DNA from: Chloroflexota bacterium
GTDB taxonomy: Bacteria; Chloroflexota; Limnocylindria; Limnocylindrales; Limnocylindraceae
Reading direction: 5' to 3'
Length of the DNA stretch: 28,272 nt
NCBI GenBank assembly: GCA_016463555.1
Contig: JAEMRB010000001.1
Location: 1 to 28,272, forward strand
The position numbers and the translations under genes are program-made. This document shows, piece by piece, positions 10,563 through 19,357 of this stretch (its first letter is position 1; each line of letters opens with the position of its first letter). Below the pieces are notes generated by a model. It saw only the letters and a list, made by a program, of their open reading frames with translations. It had not been told where the DNA came from and searched no databases.

Positions 10563-11599
10563 GCGCGGCGCTCCGCTCGTCGCGAGAGCCAGACGATCGC
10601 CCCGCCGAGTAGGACGAGGAGCCCTGCGAATGCGTAGAGGGCGGCACTTGCGGTCAGCACAACCGCCCCAACGGAGAGGAGGAGGGTCACGCCGTAGAGG
10701 GCAAGGACTGCTCCACGGTGGCTGAGCCCCGCGTCGATCAGGCGCTGGTGGATGTGGGTCTTGTCGGCACTATATGGGGAGCGCCCGGCCAGGAGCCGCC
10801 CCACGATGACGAAGAAGGCGTCAATGATGGGCACCCCCAAGATCAGCAGCGCGGCGACAACCTTGGCGGTGCCGAGGAGGGAGAGGACCGCGAGGGCGTA
10901 GGCGACCGCCAGGATCCCGCTCGTTCCCATATAGATAGAGGCGGGGTGGAAGTTGTGCCGCAGGAAGCCGGCGAGCGCGCCTGCCAAGGCGAAGCAGAGG
11001 GCGGCGAGGAGTGGGGTCGCCGGGAGGGCGATCACCCCAAGGGTGGTTGCAGCGATCAGGGCGATCCCGCCCGAGAGGCCGTCGAGTCCATCGATAAAGT
11101 TCATGGCGTTCTGCATGCCGAGGACCCAGAAGAGGGTGAGGGCGAGCCCAGCGACATCAGGAATGAAAAGGTCGCCCGCGCCGAACGGATTCGACAAGAT
11201 TGCGATCCGCACGCCGAACGCGATCGGTACCGCCGCAATCACCAGCTGCCCGGCGAGCTGCCAGCGTGCGCGCAAATCGAAGCGATCGTCGGCAAGGCCG
11301 ATGACACCGGCGAGTAGGGTGCCAAGTAGTAGTGCGGCAGATCCAGAGGTTGGGAGTGGGGTGCCGCCCGTGAGACCGAGTGGTGCCGCAAGGATCGTCA
11401 CCGCCGCACCAACCAAGAAGAAGGAGAGTGCAACAGCGAAACCGCCAGCGCGCGGCATCAGGGTTGTGTTGATGCGCCGCTCGTTTGGCGCATCGGCAAT
11501 GTTTAGAGAGAGGGCAACCTGTCGCGCAACCCTTGTGCCAACCAGCGCGACAAGTGCAGCGAGCAGTGCGATCGCGAGATAGAGCGGAGCGTTCTCCAT
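10559..11599 (-). CDS. Polyprenyl-phosphate HexNAc-1-phosphate transferase family protein (GT4; WecA/TagO-like)
   Basis: Multi-TM, D.PNERR, PR.GG, GLADD, NAMNFIDGLDGL, NFHPASIYMG, ADKTHIHQRL; conserved position upstream of atp operon. Confidence 0.88.
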   Translation of the reverse strand: MENAPLYLAIALLAALVALVGTRVARQVALSLNIADAPNERRINTTLMPRAGGFAVALSFFLVGAAVTILAAPLGLTGGTPLPTSGSAALLLGTLLAGVIGLADDRFDLRARWQLAGQLVIAAVPIAFGVRIAILSNPFGAGDLFIPDVAGLALTLFWVLGMQNAMNFIDGLDGLSGGIALIAATTLGVIALPATPLLAALCFALAGALAGFLRHNFHPASIYMGTSGILAVAYALAVLSLLGTAKVVAALLILGVPIIDAFFVIVGRLLAGRSPYSADKTHIHQRLIDAGLSHRGAVLALYGVTLLLSVGAVVLTASAALYAFAGLLVLLGGAIVWLSRRAERRA

Positions 11600-12900
11600 T
11601 AGCTCTCGCGGGCCGCTAGCTCCGCAGCATCGTTACCGGGGACTGGGAATTGCTGGGCGACCTTCACCACCTCGCGGCGAATCTGCTCGAGCTTGGTCGC
11701 ATCCTCGCGCGCGGCGATCGCCTCAACAGACCACTGTGCAATCTGTTCCATCTCCGCGGGCCCCATGCCGCGCGTGGTTGCGGCTGGCGTGCCGTAGCGA
11801 ACGCCGCTCGTCACCATCGGCGAGCGCGTCTCACCTGGAATGCTGTTCTTGTTGATCGTCACGCCTACCGCTTCCAATGCAGCCGTAGCCTCCTTGCCCG
11901 TCACGCCAAGCGGCGTCACGTCGCACAAGATCAGGTGGATGTCAGTACCTCCGGTGATCACACCGAATCCGCGTGCGGCGAGCGCTGCGGCGAGCGCCTT
12001 CGCGTTGTCGAGTGTTCGCTGCATATACGCACGGAATTCAGGCTGCAGCGCCAACTTGTAGGCGACCGCCTTGGCGGCGATCACGTGCATCAACGGTCCG
12101 CCCTGATTCCCAGGGAAAACTGCCCGGTCAATGGCAGCCGCTTCGTCTGCTCGCGCAAAGATCATGCCGCCGCGCGGTCCGCGCAGCGTCTTGTGTGTGG
12201 TGGTGGTGACGTAGTCAGCGTGCGGGAATGGGCTCGGGTGTAGCCCAGCCGCAACGACTCCTGAGATGTGCGCCATGTCGACCATCAGCTTTGCGCCCGC
12301 TGCATGTGCGATGGCCGCAAACTTTTCAAAATCGAGTACGCGCGGATACGCCGATGCGCCAGCGATGACGACCTTCGGCTTCGCCTCATCAACGGCGCGC
12401 TGTACCGCATCCCAATCAACAAGCCCGTCTTCGGCACGAACGCCGTAGAAGGTTGGCTTGAACCACTTCCCTGAAATGTTGACCGATGCACCGTGGGAGA
12501 GGTGTCCGCCCTGGTCGAGGCTCATGGCAACGAATGAGTCGCCCGGTGACATCGAGGCGGTGAATGTGGCGATGTTGGCAGAGGCACCAGAGTGCGGCTG
12601 CACGTTGACATGCTCGCTGCCAACAAAGAGTTCCAGTGCGCGGCTGCGCGCAAGGTTCTCCGCCTCGTCGACGAATTCACAACCGGCGTAGTAGCGCTTC
12701 CCCGGGAGACCCTCGGCATACTTGTTGGTGAGGATGGAGCCCTGCGCTTCGCGCACTGCGGCGTAGGTGTAGTTCTCAGAGGCGATCAGCTCAATGTGGT
12801 CGCGCTGGCGCACCGCCTCTTTGACAAAGATGGCATCGAGCTCAGGGTCAACCTTGCGAAGGCTCAGGTTCATCAACGGATCGTGTGCGGCGTTGCTCAT
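11599..12900 (-). CDS. glyA: Serine hydroxymethyltransferase
   Basis: ELIASEN, NKYAEGLPGKRYYAGCE, NVQPHSG, GGHLSHG, DMAHISG, TTTHKTLRGPRGG (PLP lysine), NKNSIP; strong GGAGGGG RBS. Confidence 0.98.
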   Translation of the reverse strand: MSNAAHDPLMNLSLRKVDPELDAIFVKEAVRQRDHIELIASENYTYAAVREAQGSILTNKYAEGLPGKRYYAGCEFVDEAENLARSRALELFVGSEHVNVQPHSGASANIATFTASMSPGDSFVAMSLDQGGHLSHGASVNISGKWFKPTFYGVRAEDGLVDWDAVQRAVDEAKPKVVIAGASAYPRVLDFEKFAAIAHAAGAKLMVDMAHISGVVAAGLHPSPFPHADYVTTTTHKTLRGPRGGMIFARADEAAAIDRAVFPGNQGGPLMHVIAAKAVAYKLALQPEFRAYMQRTLDNAKALAAALAARGFGVITGGTDIHLILCDVTPLGVTGKEATAALEAVGVTINKNSIPGETRSPMVTSGVRYGTPAATTRGMGPAEMEQIAQWSVEAIAAREDATKLEQIRREVVKVAQQFPVPGNDAAELAARES

Positions 12901-12942
12901 GGTCCCCTCCCTCTCCTCTGCCCCAATACGGGTGCTTGACCC

Positions 12943-13809
12943 CTATTCTCCCGCTGATCCGAGGATCAGGCGCTCAATCATGCGCGCTACGCCGTCCTCT
13001 TCACAGCGGGGTGCCTCATATTGCGCCACGGCCCGCACCGGGCCGGGTGCCCCGGCCATCGCCACCCCGTGCCCGGCGACGTCGAGCATCTCTAGGTCGT
13101 TGTACTGGTCGCCGATGGCCATCACCTGGCCAAGTGGAATTTTGAGGCGTCGGGCGAGCCAGCGGAGGGCGGTTCCCTTATTGACCCCAGGGGCGGTGAA
13201 CTCCAGGTATTCGGGGTGGCTGATCGTCACATCGAGCTCTCCGGCGAAGGTGGCCCGAGCGCGATTGAGGATCCCGTCGACATGCCCCTCGGGGGCGTGG
13301 GCGACCACCTTGGAGAGGTGCAGCTTGCGCTCGGCGAGGTAGCCAATAAGGTCTGGCACCGTGCCGAGGCGTTTCAGGGCATCCCCCTTCAGCCAAACCT
13401 CGTACTGCCGCACATGGGGATCTCGAACATCGAAGCGCAGGTCATCGCGAATCACGGCGTGGCCCCAGAGGTTGTTCTCACGGCACCAGGCGACCGCCTT
13501 GGCCCCGAGGTGGGCGGGGAAGGGGAAGTGCCGGATCATGCGCCCCGAGCCAACCTCGCCCTTCGCCGGGATCTCGCGCGCGATCGCCCCCTGCATGCCG
13601 ATCAGCGGACCGTCGAGACCGATCTGATGCGCGTACTCGATGATCGACGGCACATTGCGCCCCGACGAGATAGTGGCGATCACCCCCTTGGCGCGCGCTG
13701 CACGAATCGCATCAATGGTGCGCTCGGCGATCACGCCGTCGTGTGGCAGCAGCGTGCCATCGAGATCCATAACGAGGAGTCGGATTGGAAACGCAGGTTT
13801 CACCGCCAT
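12943..13809 (-). CDS. Cof-type HAD-IIB phosphatase
   Basis: DLDGTLL motif I, SSGR motif II, YLEF...GVNKG motif III, GDQYNDLEML motif IV. Confidence 0.92.
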   Translation of the reverse strand: MAVKPAFPIRLLVMDLDGTLLPHDGVIAERTIDAIRAARAKGVIATISSGRNVPSIIEYAHQIGLDGPLIGMQGAIAREIPAKGEVGSGRMIRHFPFPAHLGAKAVAWCRENNLWGHAVIRDDLRFDVRDPHVRQYEVWLKGDALKRLGTVPDLIGYLAERKLHLSKVVAHAPEGHVDGILNRARATFAGELDVTISHPEYLEFTAPGVNKGTALRWLARRLKIPLGQVMAIGDQYNDLEMLDVAGHGVAMAGAPGPVRAVAQYEAPRCEEDGVARMIERLILGSAGE

Positions 13810-13815
13810 GACGCG

Positions 13816-14919
13816 TTACCCACTCCGACGAATTTCGGCCATGCGGTCGCGACCCGAGAGGTCGCCGCGAATGGCCACGCGCCAACCGATGCCGAGGCCA
13901 TCGGCGAGACGCGCTACGTCGTCACCCTGACCGTCACCGAATTCAAGGAGTGCGGCGCCACCTGGGCGCAGCAGGCGCGGCAGCTCAGCGATAAGTCGGC
14001 GAATCAGTTCCAGCCCATCACCACCGCCATCGAGTGCGAGGCGCGGCTCTGCGGCAATGCCGAGGCGCGCCAGGTCGCGTGGCGCAAGATCGCGAATGCT
14101 AGCGGCGGCCTTCGCCGCATCAACATCCGCGGTTGGCACATACGGCAGGTTGGCGATCAGGAGATCGAGGTGCGCTGGATCGCCTGGCGCGCGCGCGGCG
14201 AGAAGTGGCTCGGCAAGATCGCCCTGCATGAAGGTGATGCGCGACGCAACACCACAACGCAACGCATTCGCGCGCGCCACCATCAACGCATCGCCAGAGA
14301 TGTCGGTGGCAATGAGACGCAGGGGCACTGGCGATTCGTCGGCGAGCGCCACGGCGAGTGCGCCACTACCGGTGCCGATCTCGGCGGCGTTGAGTGGATG
14401 GGGCGCACGACCGAGTGCGCGGTCGGCGGCAACGCGGTCGGTGAGGAAGGCGAGTGCCGTCTCAATGATCAGTTCGCTCTCTGGTCGCGGGTCCAGCACG
14501 TCCGGCGTGACGAGCAGCTCTAGCCTGCGGAATCCACGACGCCCAGTGAGGTGACTGATCGGTCGACCTGTCGCGCGCTCCTGCACTAGTGCTGCCAGCG
14601 CAGATGGCGCGTCGCCGGCAAGTAGCGCGCTGCGCGCGATGCGCAACGCATCGGCGAGTTGTGGATGTCGATCGTTCAGCGGCTCCGGCTCTGGGAGTTC
14701 GCTGAGCGCTGGGAGTGGGAGTGGGAACCCTGCAGCAACGGCGGTGCGCAGTGTGGCAGCGCGGGTGCCGAGCAGCGCTGCGAGCAACGTCTCGGCATCA
14801 AGGCGCGGTGTTGGGCTTCCCGCCGCCTCAAGCTGCAGCGTTGCTTCGCGAAGGAGTGCGGGGCCATCGGCCTCGCGCTCTACGACTGGTCGACTGGCGA
14901 TCTGCTCTTCGCTCATCAT
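13816..14919 (-). CDS. prmC: Release factor glutamine methyltransferase (HemK/PrmC)
   Basis: [24 protein letters not shown] motif, DIS..AL..AR.NA, QGDL, NLPY, EP..ALDGG.DGL, LEFG; directly follows prfA with ATGA overlap. Confidence 0.93.
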   Translation of the reverse strand: MMSEEQIASRPVVEREADGPALLREATLQLEAAGSPTPRLDAETLLAALLGTRAATLRTAVAAGFPLPLPALSELPEPEPLNDRHPQLADALRIARSALLAGDAPSALAALVQERATGRPISHLTGRRGFRRLELLVTPDVLDPRPESELIIETALAFLTDRVAADRALGRAPHPLNAAEIGTGSGALAVALADESPVPLRLIATDISGDALMVARANALRCGVASRITFMQGDLAEPLLAARAPGDPAHLDLLIANLPYVPTADVDAAKAAASIRDLAPRDLARLGIAAEPRLALDGGGDGLELIRRLIAELPRLLRPGGAALLEFGDGQGDDVARLADGLGIGWRVAIRGDLSGRDRMAEIRRSG

Positions 14920-15998
14920 TCCGCCAGTCGTGCCGCCTGCTCAGCGGCGGCGAGTGCCTCATGGAATGGCGCAAGGTCGCCACCGAGAATCCCAGGCACA
15001 TCAAACTTGTCGAAGCCGATGCGGTGATCGGTGACGCGATTCTGTGGCCCGTTATATGTGCGAATCTTCTCGCTGCGATCACCGCTCCCGATCAGCGCCT
15101 TGCGCGCCTTGGAGTCGGCGGCGCGTTTGCGCTCCTCTTCCGCGGCGATAATGCGGCTGCGCAGAATCGCCATCCCCTTCTCTTTGTTGCGCAGCTGGCT
15201 GCGCTCGTCCTGCATCTCAACCACGATGCCGCTCGGGATGTGCGTGATGCGCACCGCGGAGTCGGTGGTGTTTACCCCTTGTCCGCCGTTCCCCGATGCG
15301 CGCTTCACGTCGATGCGAATATCGTTTTCGGGAATCACGAGGTCAACAGCGGTCACCACTGGAAGCACCACAACCGTGGCGGTGCTGGTGTGAATGCGTC
15401 CGGCCGACTCTGTTGCGGGAACTCGCTGAATGCGATGCACGCCTGACTCCCACTTAAAGGCGGCCCATGCGCCATCGCCAGAGACCTCCATCACCGCTTC
15501 GCGAATCCCGCCAACGCCGGTCTCGCTGATGGCGTCGACCTCACTCTTCCACCCCTGTCGCTCGGCGTAGCGCAGATAGGCGCGGAAGAGCTCACCGGCG
15601 AAGATGCCCGCCTCGTCGCCACCAGCGCCAGGACGCACCTCGATCAGCAGATCTCGCCCATCGTTCGGATCAGGCTCAAGGAGGAGGCCCGGGAGTTGCT
15701 CCAGGATCTCGCGCTCGATCGCCTCGGCCTCGGCGCGATCGGTGGCGGCGAGCTCACGCATCTCCGCGTCGGCCCCCGGATCCGCCTCAAGGGAGCGTGA
15801 ATCGGTCACGCGTAGCCGGGCGGCGGTGAGGGCCTCGCCCGCCTCGGCGAGCGGTGCGGTGCGCGACAACTCGCGCCCAATGCGAGCAAGGGCGGTGTGG
15901 TCGGCGAGCACCTCAGGAAGTGTCAGCTGCGCCTCAAGCTCGGCGCGCGCCTTGAGCGCCGCCGCGAGTCGCGCGTTGAGTTGCACCACGTCAGCCAT
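14916..15998 (-). CDS. prfA: Peptide chain release factor 1
   Basis: [29 protein letters not shown] (PxT), [16 protein letters not shown] (GGQ), [19 protein letters not shown]. Confidence 0.97.
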   Translation of the reverse strand: MADVVQLNARLAAALKARAELEAQLTLPEVLADHTALARIGRELSRTAPLAEAGEALTAARLRVTDSRSLEADPGADAEMRELAATDRAEAEAIEREILEQLPGLLLEPDPNDGRDLLIEVRPGAGGDEAGIFAGELFRAYLRYAERQGWKSEVDAISETGVGGIREAVMEVSGDGAWAAFKWESGVHRIQRVPATESAGRIHTSTATVVVLPVVTAVDLVIPENDIRIDVKRASGNGGQGVNTTDSAVRITHIPSGIVVEMQDERSQLRNKEKGMAILRSRIIAAEEERKRAADSKARKALIGSGDRSEKIRTYNGPQNRVTDHRIGFDKFDVPGILGGDLAPFHEALAAAEQAARLAE

Positions 15999-17032
15999 CA
16001 GGTCACCTTCAGCGGCTGCAGCGCACGGGAGGTTGGTAGCTCTGAACCGCTCGGCACAACGCCACCCTCCGCTTCGATCGCCGCGGTCAATGCAACGATC
16101 GCAATGTCGTGCATGCCGTCGTCGGGTCGTCGCGTGGTGATGCGCTGTACGGCAATCCCTGGTGCCGCCAACGCGCGGGCAATCAGGTTCGTTCGATAGC
16201 GACCCAGGAGTCGAAGAATCTCATAGGCGAGACCGGCAACGAGCGGAATCCCTGCAATGCGGCTGATCACCGTTGGGATCGGATCGAGTCGACCGACCAG
16301 CGAGAAGCTGACGATGCTCACGAGAATGACGACAACAAGGAACTCGGTGCCGCAGCGTGGGTGTGCCGTTGGCCAGCGTGAGAGCGCTTCGCGCGTGAGC
16401 GGCTCACCGTTCTCAAGCGCGTGAATCGCGCGATGCTCTGCGCCGTGATAGCGATACGTGCGGTCCACATCGCTGCTGCGTCCGACCGCTGCGAGGTATC
16501 CGAGCAAGATTCCCACCTGCAAGAGTCCGTCAATCGCGCGTTCCACGAGCAGCTCTGTGAAGCCGAGTGCGTGCACGATGGCTGACGCGGCAATCGCTGG
16601 GAGCACATTGAAGATCACCACGGCAATCAGAAGCGTGACCGCGAGTGTTGCGATCATCGAACCGGTGCCGCCGGTTGATCGCTCCTCATCACCCGCCGAC
16701 ACGTCGGCGCTGCGCAGCAGCCATCGGCTGCCAAGTGCGAGTGTCTCCCAGAGAACAACGGCGCCACGCAAGATTGGGATGCGTGTGAGGCGTCGACGAA
16801 TCGGTCCGGTGGCGATCGGCTCTGACGTCACCGCGATGCCGCCATCAACGGTGCGTAGCGCAACGCCAATGTGTGATGGTCCGCGCATCAGAATGCCGTC
16901 GATCAGCGCCTGGCCGCCATACGCTGCGCCGCTCGTTGGGCGCGCGTTCAGAGATACGGCGTGTAGCCCTCGTGAAACGTCAGCGAAGCGATCCTGCGCG
17001 AATCGCGCAGCGACGCCGAGTCGGCGCCGCAT
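15998..17032 (-). CDS. DUF1385 family membrane protein (putative metal-dependent enzyme)
   Basis: YGGQAL.DG.LMRG, P.LRG, YHGAEH..I, HPRCGT.F, GLAYE, T..PD motifs; usual location between rpmE and prfA. ORF-track start 17203 lies inside rpmE; ATG 17032 used, true start may be further downstream. Confidence 0.85.
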   Translation of the reverse strand: MRRRLGVAARFAQDRFADVSRGLHAVSLNARPTSGAAYGGQALIDGILMRGPSHIGVALRTVDGGIAVTSEPIATGPIRRRLTRIPILRGAVVLWETLALGSRWLLRSADVSAGDEERSTGGTGSMIATLAVTLLIAVVIFNVLPAIAASAIVHALGFTELLVERAIDGLLQVGILLGYLAAVGRSSDVDRTYRYHGAEHRAIHALENGEPLTREALSRWPTAHPRCGTEFLVVVILVSIVSFSLVGRLDPIPTVISRIAGIPLVAGLAYEILRLLGRYRTNLIARALAAPGIAVQRITTRRPDDGMHDIAIVALTAAIEAEGGVVPSGSELPTSRALQPLKVT

Positions 17033-17037
17033 GGAGA

Positions 17038-17247
17038 TCAGCGCGAGCGACCGAGGCGCTTCTGGAAGCGCTCGACCTGACCGGCCGTGTCGAGAATCAG
17101 CTGCTTCCCCGTAAAGAACGGGTGGCAGTTTGAGCAGACTTCCGTCTTGAGCTCGCTGGTTCGCGTCGAGCCGATCGAGAACTTCGTGCTGCATGCGAGG
17201 CACGTAATTTCGATGGTGTTGTACTTGGGATGAATCTCTGGCTTCAT
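17038..17247 (-). CDS. rpmE: 50S ribosomal protein L31 (Zn-binding type)
   Basis: MKPEIHPKY, CLAC and CSNCHPFFTGKQ, LDTAGQVERF; start trimmed to ATG 17247. Confidence 0.96.
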   Translation of the reverse strand: MKPEIHPKYNTIEITCLACSTKFSIGSTRTSELKTEVCSNCHPFFTGKQLILDTAGQVERFQKRLGRSR

Positions 17248-17257
17248 CAGCGACTCT

Positions 17258-17521
17258 CTAGGCGTCTGGTGAAGCGACAACGTTGACGCGCTTCTTCGTG
17301 CGCGACGCGTGGTCGAACTTCACCCTGCCGGTGATGGTTGCGTAGATGGTGTAGTCGCTGCCCAGGCCAACGCCGCGTCCTGCGGCGAAGGTGGTGCCGT
17401 GCTGTCGCACGATGATGCCGCCAGCGTTGATCTTCTGACCGTCGCCAACCTTCACGCCAAGGCGCTGACCAGCGCTATCGCGTCCGTTGCGAACACTTCC
17501 TCCTGCCTTCTTGTGTGCCAT
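17258..17521 (-). CDS. rpmA: 50S ribosomal protein L27
   Basis: [38 protein letters not shown]...G.V.F. Confidence 0.98.
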   Translation of the reverse strand: MAHKKAGGSVRNGRDSAGQRLGVKVGDGQKINAGGIIVRQHGTTFAAGRGVGLGSDYTIYATITGRVKFDHASRTKKRVNVVASPDA

Positions 17522-17551
17522 GGGTCTCTCCTTCTCTCAGCGTTCGCTGCG

Positions 17552-18097
17552 TTACTCGGCGTCAGCGGCCGATGTGTCGGCGCTCTTCGCTGCTGGCTTT
17601 GCGGTTGCTGGCTTCTTTGCGGCTGGCTTCTTCGCTACCTTCGCCTCGGCTGGCGCACCAACCTTAAGCGTTGCGGCGACTGCGGCATCGGCCTTCGCCT
17701 TATCGGCGGCGACGGCGACTGCGGCGGCCTGCGCCTTGGCGCGATCTGCAGCACCGGCTTCGTAGAGCGCCTTCGCGCTTGTGCCGTTCACGGCAACTTC
17801 GGTGACCTTGATGAGGTGCAACTCTTGGCGGTGCCCCTTGGTGATGCGGCTGCGCGCCTTCGGTCGATACTTGAAGCTGATCGTCTTTGGTCCGCGCTCC
17901 TGGCCAAGCACCGTTGCGGTGACCTTTGCGCCAGCAACAACGGGGGTGCCGATCTCCGTGGTGGAGTCGGTGCGCACAAGAAGGACACGGTCGAACGAGA
18001 TCTCGCTCCCTGGGGTAGCGCCGGTCAACTCAACGTGCAGCTCGCTGCCGAGCTCCACTCGATACTGCTTTCCACCGGTCTCGATGACTGCGTACAT
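17552..18097 (-). CDS. rplU: 50S ribosomal protein L21 with ~76-aa Ala/Lys-rich C-terminal extension
   Basis: MYAVIETGGKQYRV, G.P.V.GA.V.A.V, FKYRPK, GHRQ; core ends near aa 105, followed by low-complexity tail. Confidence 0.96.
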   Translation of the reverse strand: MYAVIETGGKQYRVELGSELHVELTGATPGSEISFDRVLLVRTDSTTEIGTPVVAGAKVTATVLGQERGPKTISFKYRPKARSRITKGHRQELHLIKVTEVAVNGTSAKALYEAGAADRAKAQAAAVAVAADKAKADAAVAATLKVGAPAEAKVAKKPAAKKPATAKPAAKSADTSAADAE

Positions 18098-18187
18098 GGT
18101 TCCCCTGTCCTCACTGTCTGTGCGCCGTACAGGCGGCGCCTGTTGGGCGAGTCGCGGTCTGACGGACGGGTCAGTCGCGGGAGGGGA

Positions 18188-18216
18188 AGTCTACGATCAG
18201 GGCTCTCCCGCGTCAA
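18188..18216 (-). promoter_or_regulatory. Sigma70-type promoter of the rplU-rpmA-rpmE operon
   Basis: Minus strand TTGACG (18216-18211), exactly 17 nt, TAGACT (18193-18188); AT-rich stretch just upstream; predicts a ~85-nt leader to rplU ATG. Confidence 0.75.
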
Positions 18217-18229
18217 CCGCGCCCTATTG

Positions 18230-19357
18230 TTACATTATCGGCGATGAGCCTCCGTCGTGTACTCGATGGCTCTGCACGAGGGCGAGGCCGAAGGCGAGCG
18301 AGATTGCGGAGGCTCCGCCGTAGCTCACAAAGGGGAGGGTGATCCCCGTAATGGGGGCAACGCCGAGGTTCATCCCAATATTGACGAGCGTCTGGGAGAG
18401 GACGACGGTGGCCATCCCTCCGGCAAAGATCACCCCGAACTCATCGGGGGAGGTCCAGGCGTGCCAGACCAGGCGCCCAACCAGAATGGCGAGCAGAGCG
18501 ATCACAAAGAGGCCGCCAACCGCGCCAAACGCACGGACGAGCGCCGCAAAGACGAAGTCACTCTCTTGTACTGGGAGGGGGGTCAGGATCGCGGTGCCAT
18601 CAGCGCCTGCGCCAAAGAGGCCGCCCCCCCTGATCGCCTCGAGTGAGCGCAGCAGTTGGTACTTCGGCCCGGCCGGATCGGCGTTCGGGTCGATGAAGGC
18701 GAGGAGTCGCTCCTTCTGATAATCCGCCAGCACTACGACCCACGCCAGGGCGCCGCTGGTGGCGACCAGGCTTGCGAGGGCGGCAATCCAGCGTGTCGCG
18801 ACGCCAGAGAGATAGAGGGCGCCAAAGAGCGCCGCTACCAACACCAGCGCGGTGCCGAGGTCTGGCTGCGCCACAACGAGGAAAAACGGTGGAGCAACGA
18901 TGGCGCCCGCCAGCAGTAGATCTTGCAGCCCACCGCTCGCGCGGTCCGCCCGCGTGAGGGCGGTAGAGATGGCGACGAGCGTCAGGATCTTGCTGAGCTC
19001 GCTTGACTGGATGGCGAGACCAAAGATCGCGATCGCTCGGTTGTTCCCGCCAGAGTCGACGCCGTAGATCAGCGTGACGATCAGCAGCAGAATGTTTGCG
19101 GCGTAGAGCGGCCAGGCAAAGGTGCGCACCCAGCGCCAGTTCACGAGCGTCGTCACGGTGTAGACGGCGATGGAGAGGAGTGTCCAGGTCAGCGAGCGCA
19201 CGAGTAGCGAGTTCGGCGTCAGCAGCTCTTGTCCGTAGCTGCGTGCGTTAAGCCAGGCCATGCCGATTCCGGTCAGCGCTAGTAGCCCAACGCTGGCCGC
19301 AGCGATCCAGTCCACGCGGCGAAGGGCGGAGCTGAGTGGCGAGTCGAGTCTATTCAC
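18230..19357 (-). CDS. rodA: SEDS peptidoglycan glycosyltransferase RodA
   Basis: ~10 TM, QSSELSK, QPDLGTAL, YQKERL..FIDP, YQ...S..AI..GG..G.G, SDFVF, N.GMNLGV.PITGITLPFVSYGG; follows PBP2. Confidence 0.93.
   Translation of the reverse strand: MNRLDSPLSSALRRVDWIAAASVGLLALTGIGMAWLNARSYGQELLTPNSLLVRSLTWTLLSIAVYTVTTLVNWRWVRTFAWPLYAANILLLIVTLIYGVDSGGNNRAIAIFGLAIQSSELSKILTLVAISTALTRADRASGGLQDLLLAGAIVAPPFFLVVAQPDLGTALVLVAALFGALYLSGVATRWIAALASLVATSGALAWVVVLADYQKERLLAFIDPNADPAGPKYQLLRSLEAIRGGGLFGAGADGTAILTPLPVQESDFVFAALVRAFGAVGGLFVIALLAILVGRLVWHAWTSPDEFGVIFAGGMATVVLSQTLVNIGMNLGVAPITGITLPFVSYGGASAISLAFGLALVQSHRVHDGGSSPIM

Noticed and set aside
12901-12942. Possible ZTP or glycine riboswitch ahead of glyA
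   Set aside because: Spacer is only 42 nt, mostly the purine-rich RBS; no room or motif.
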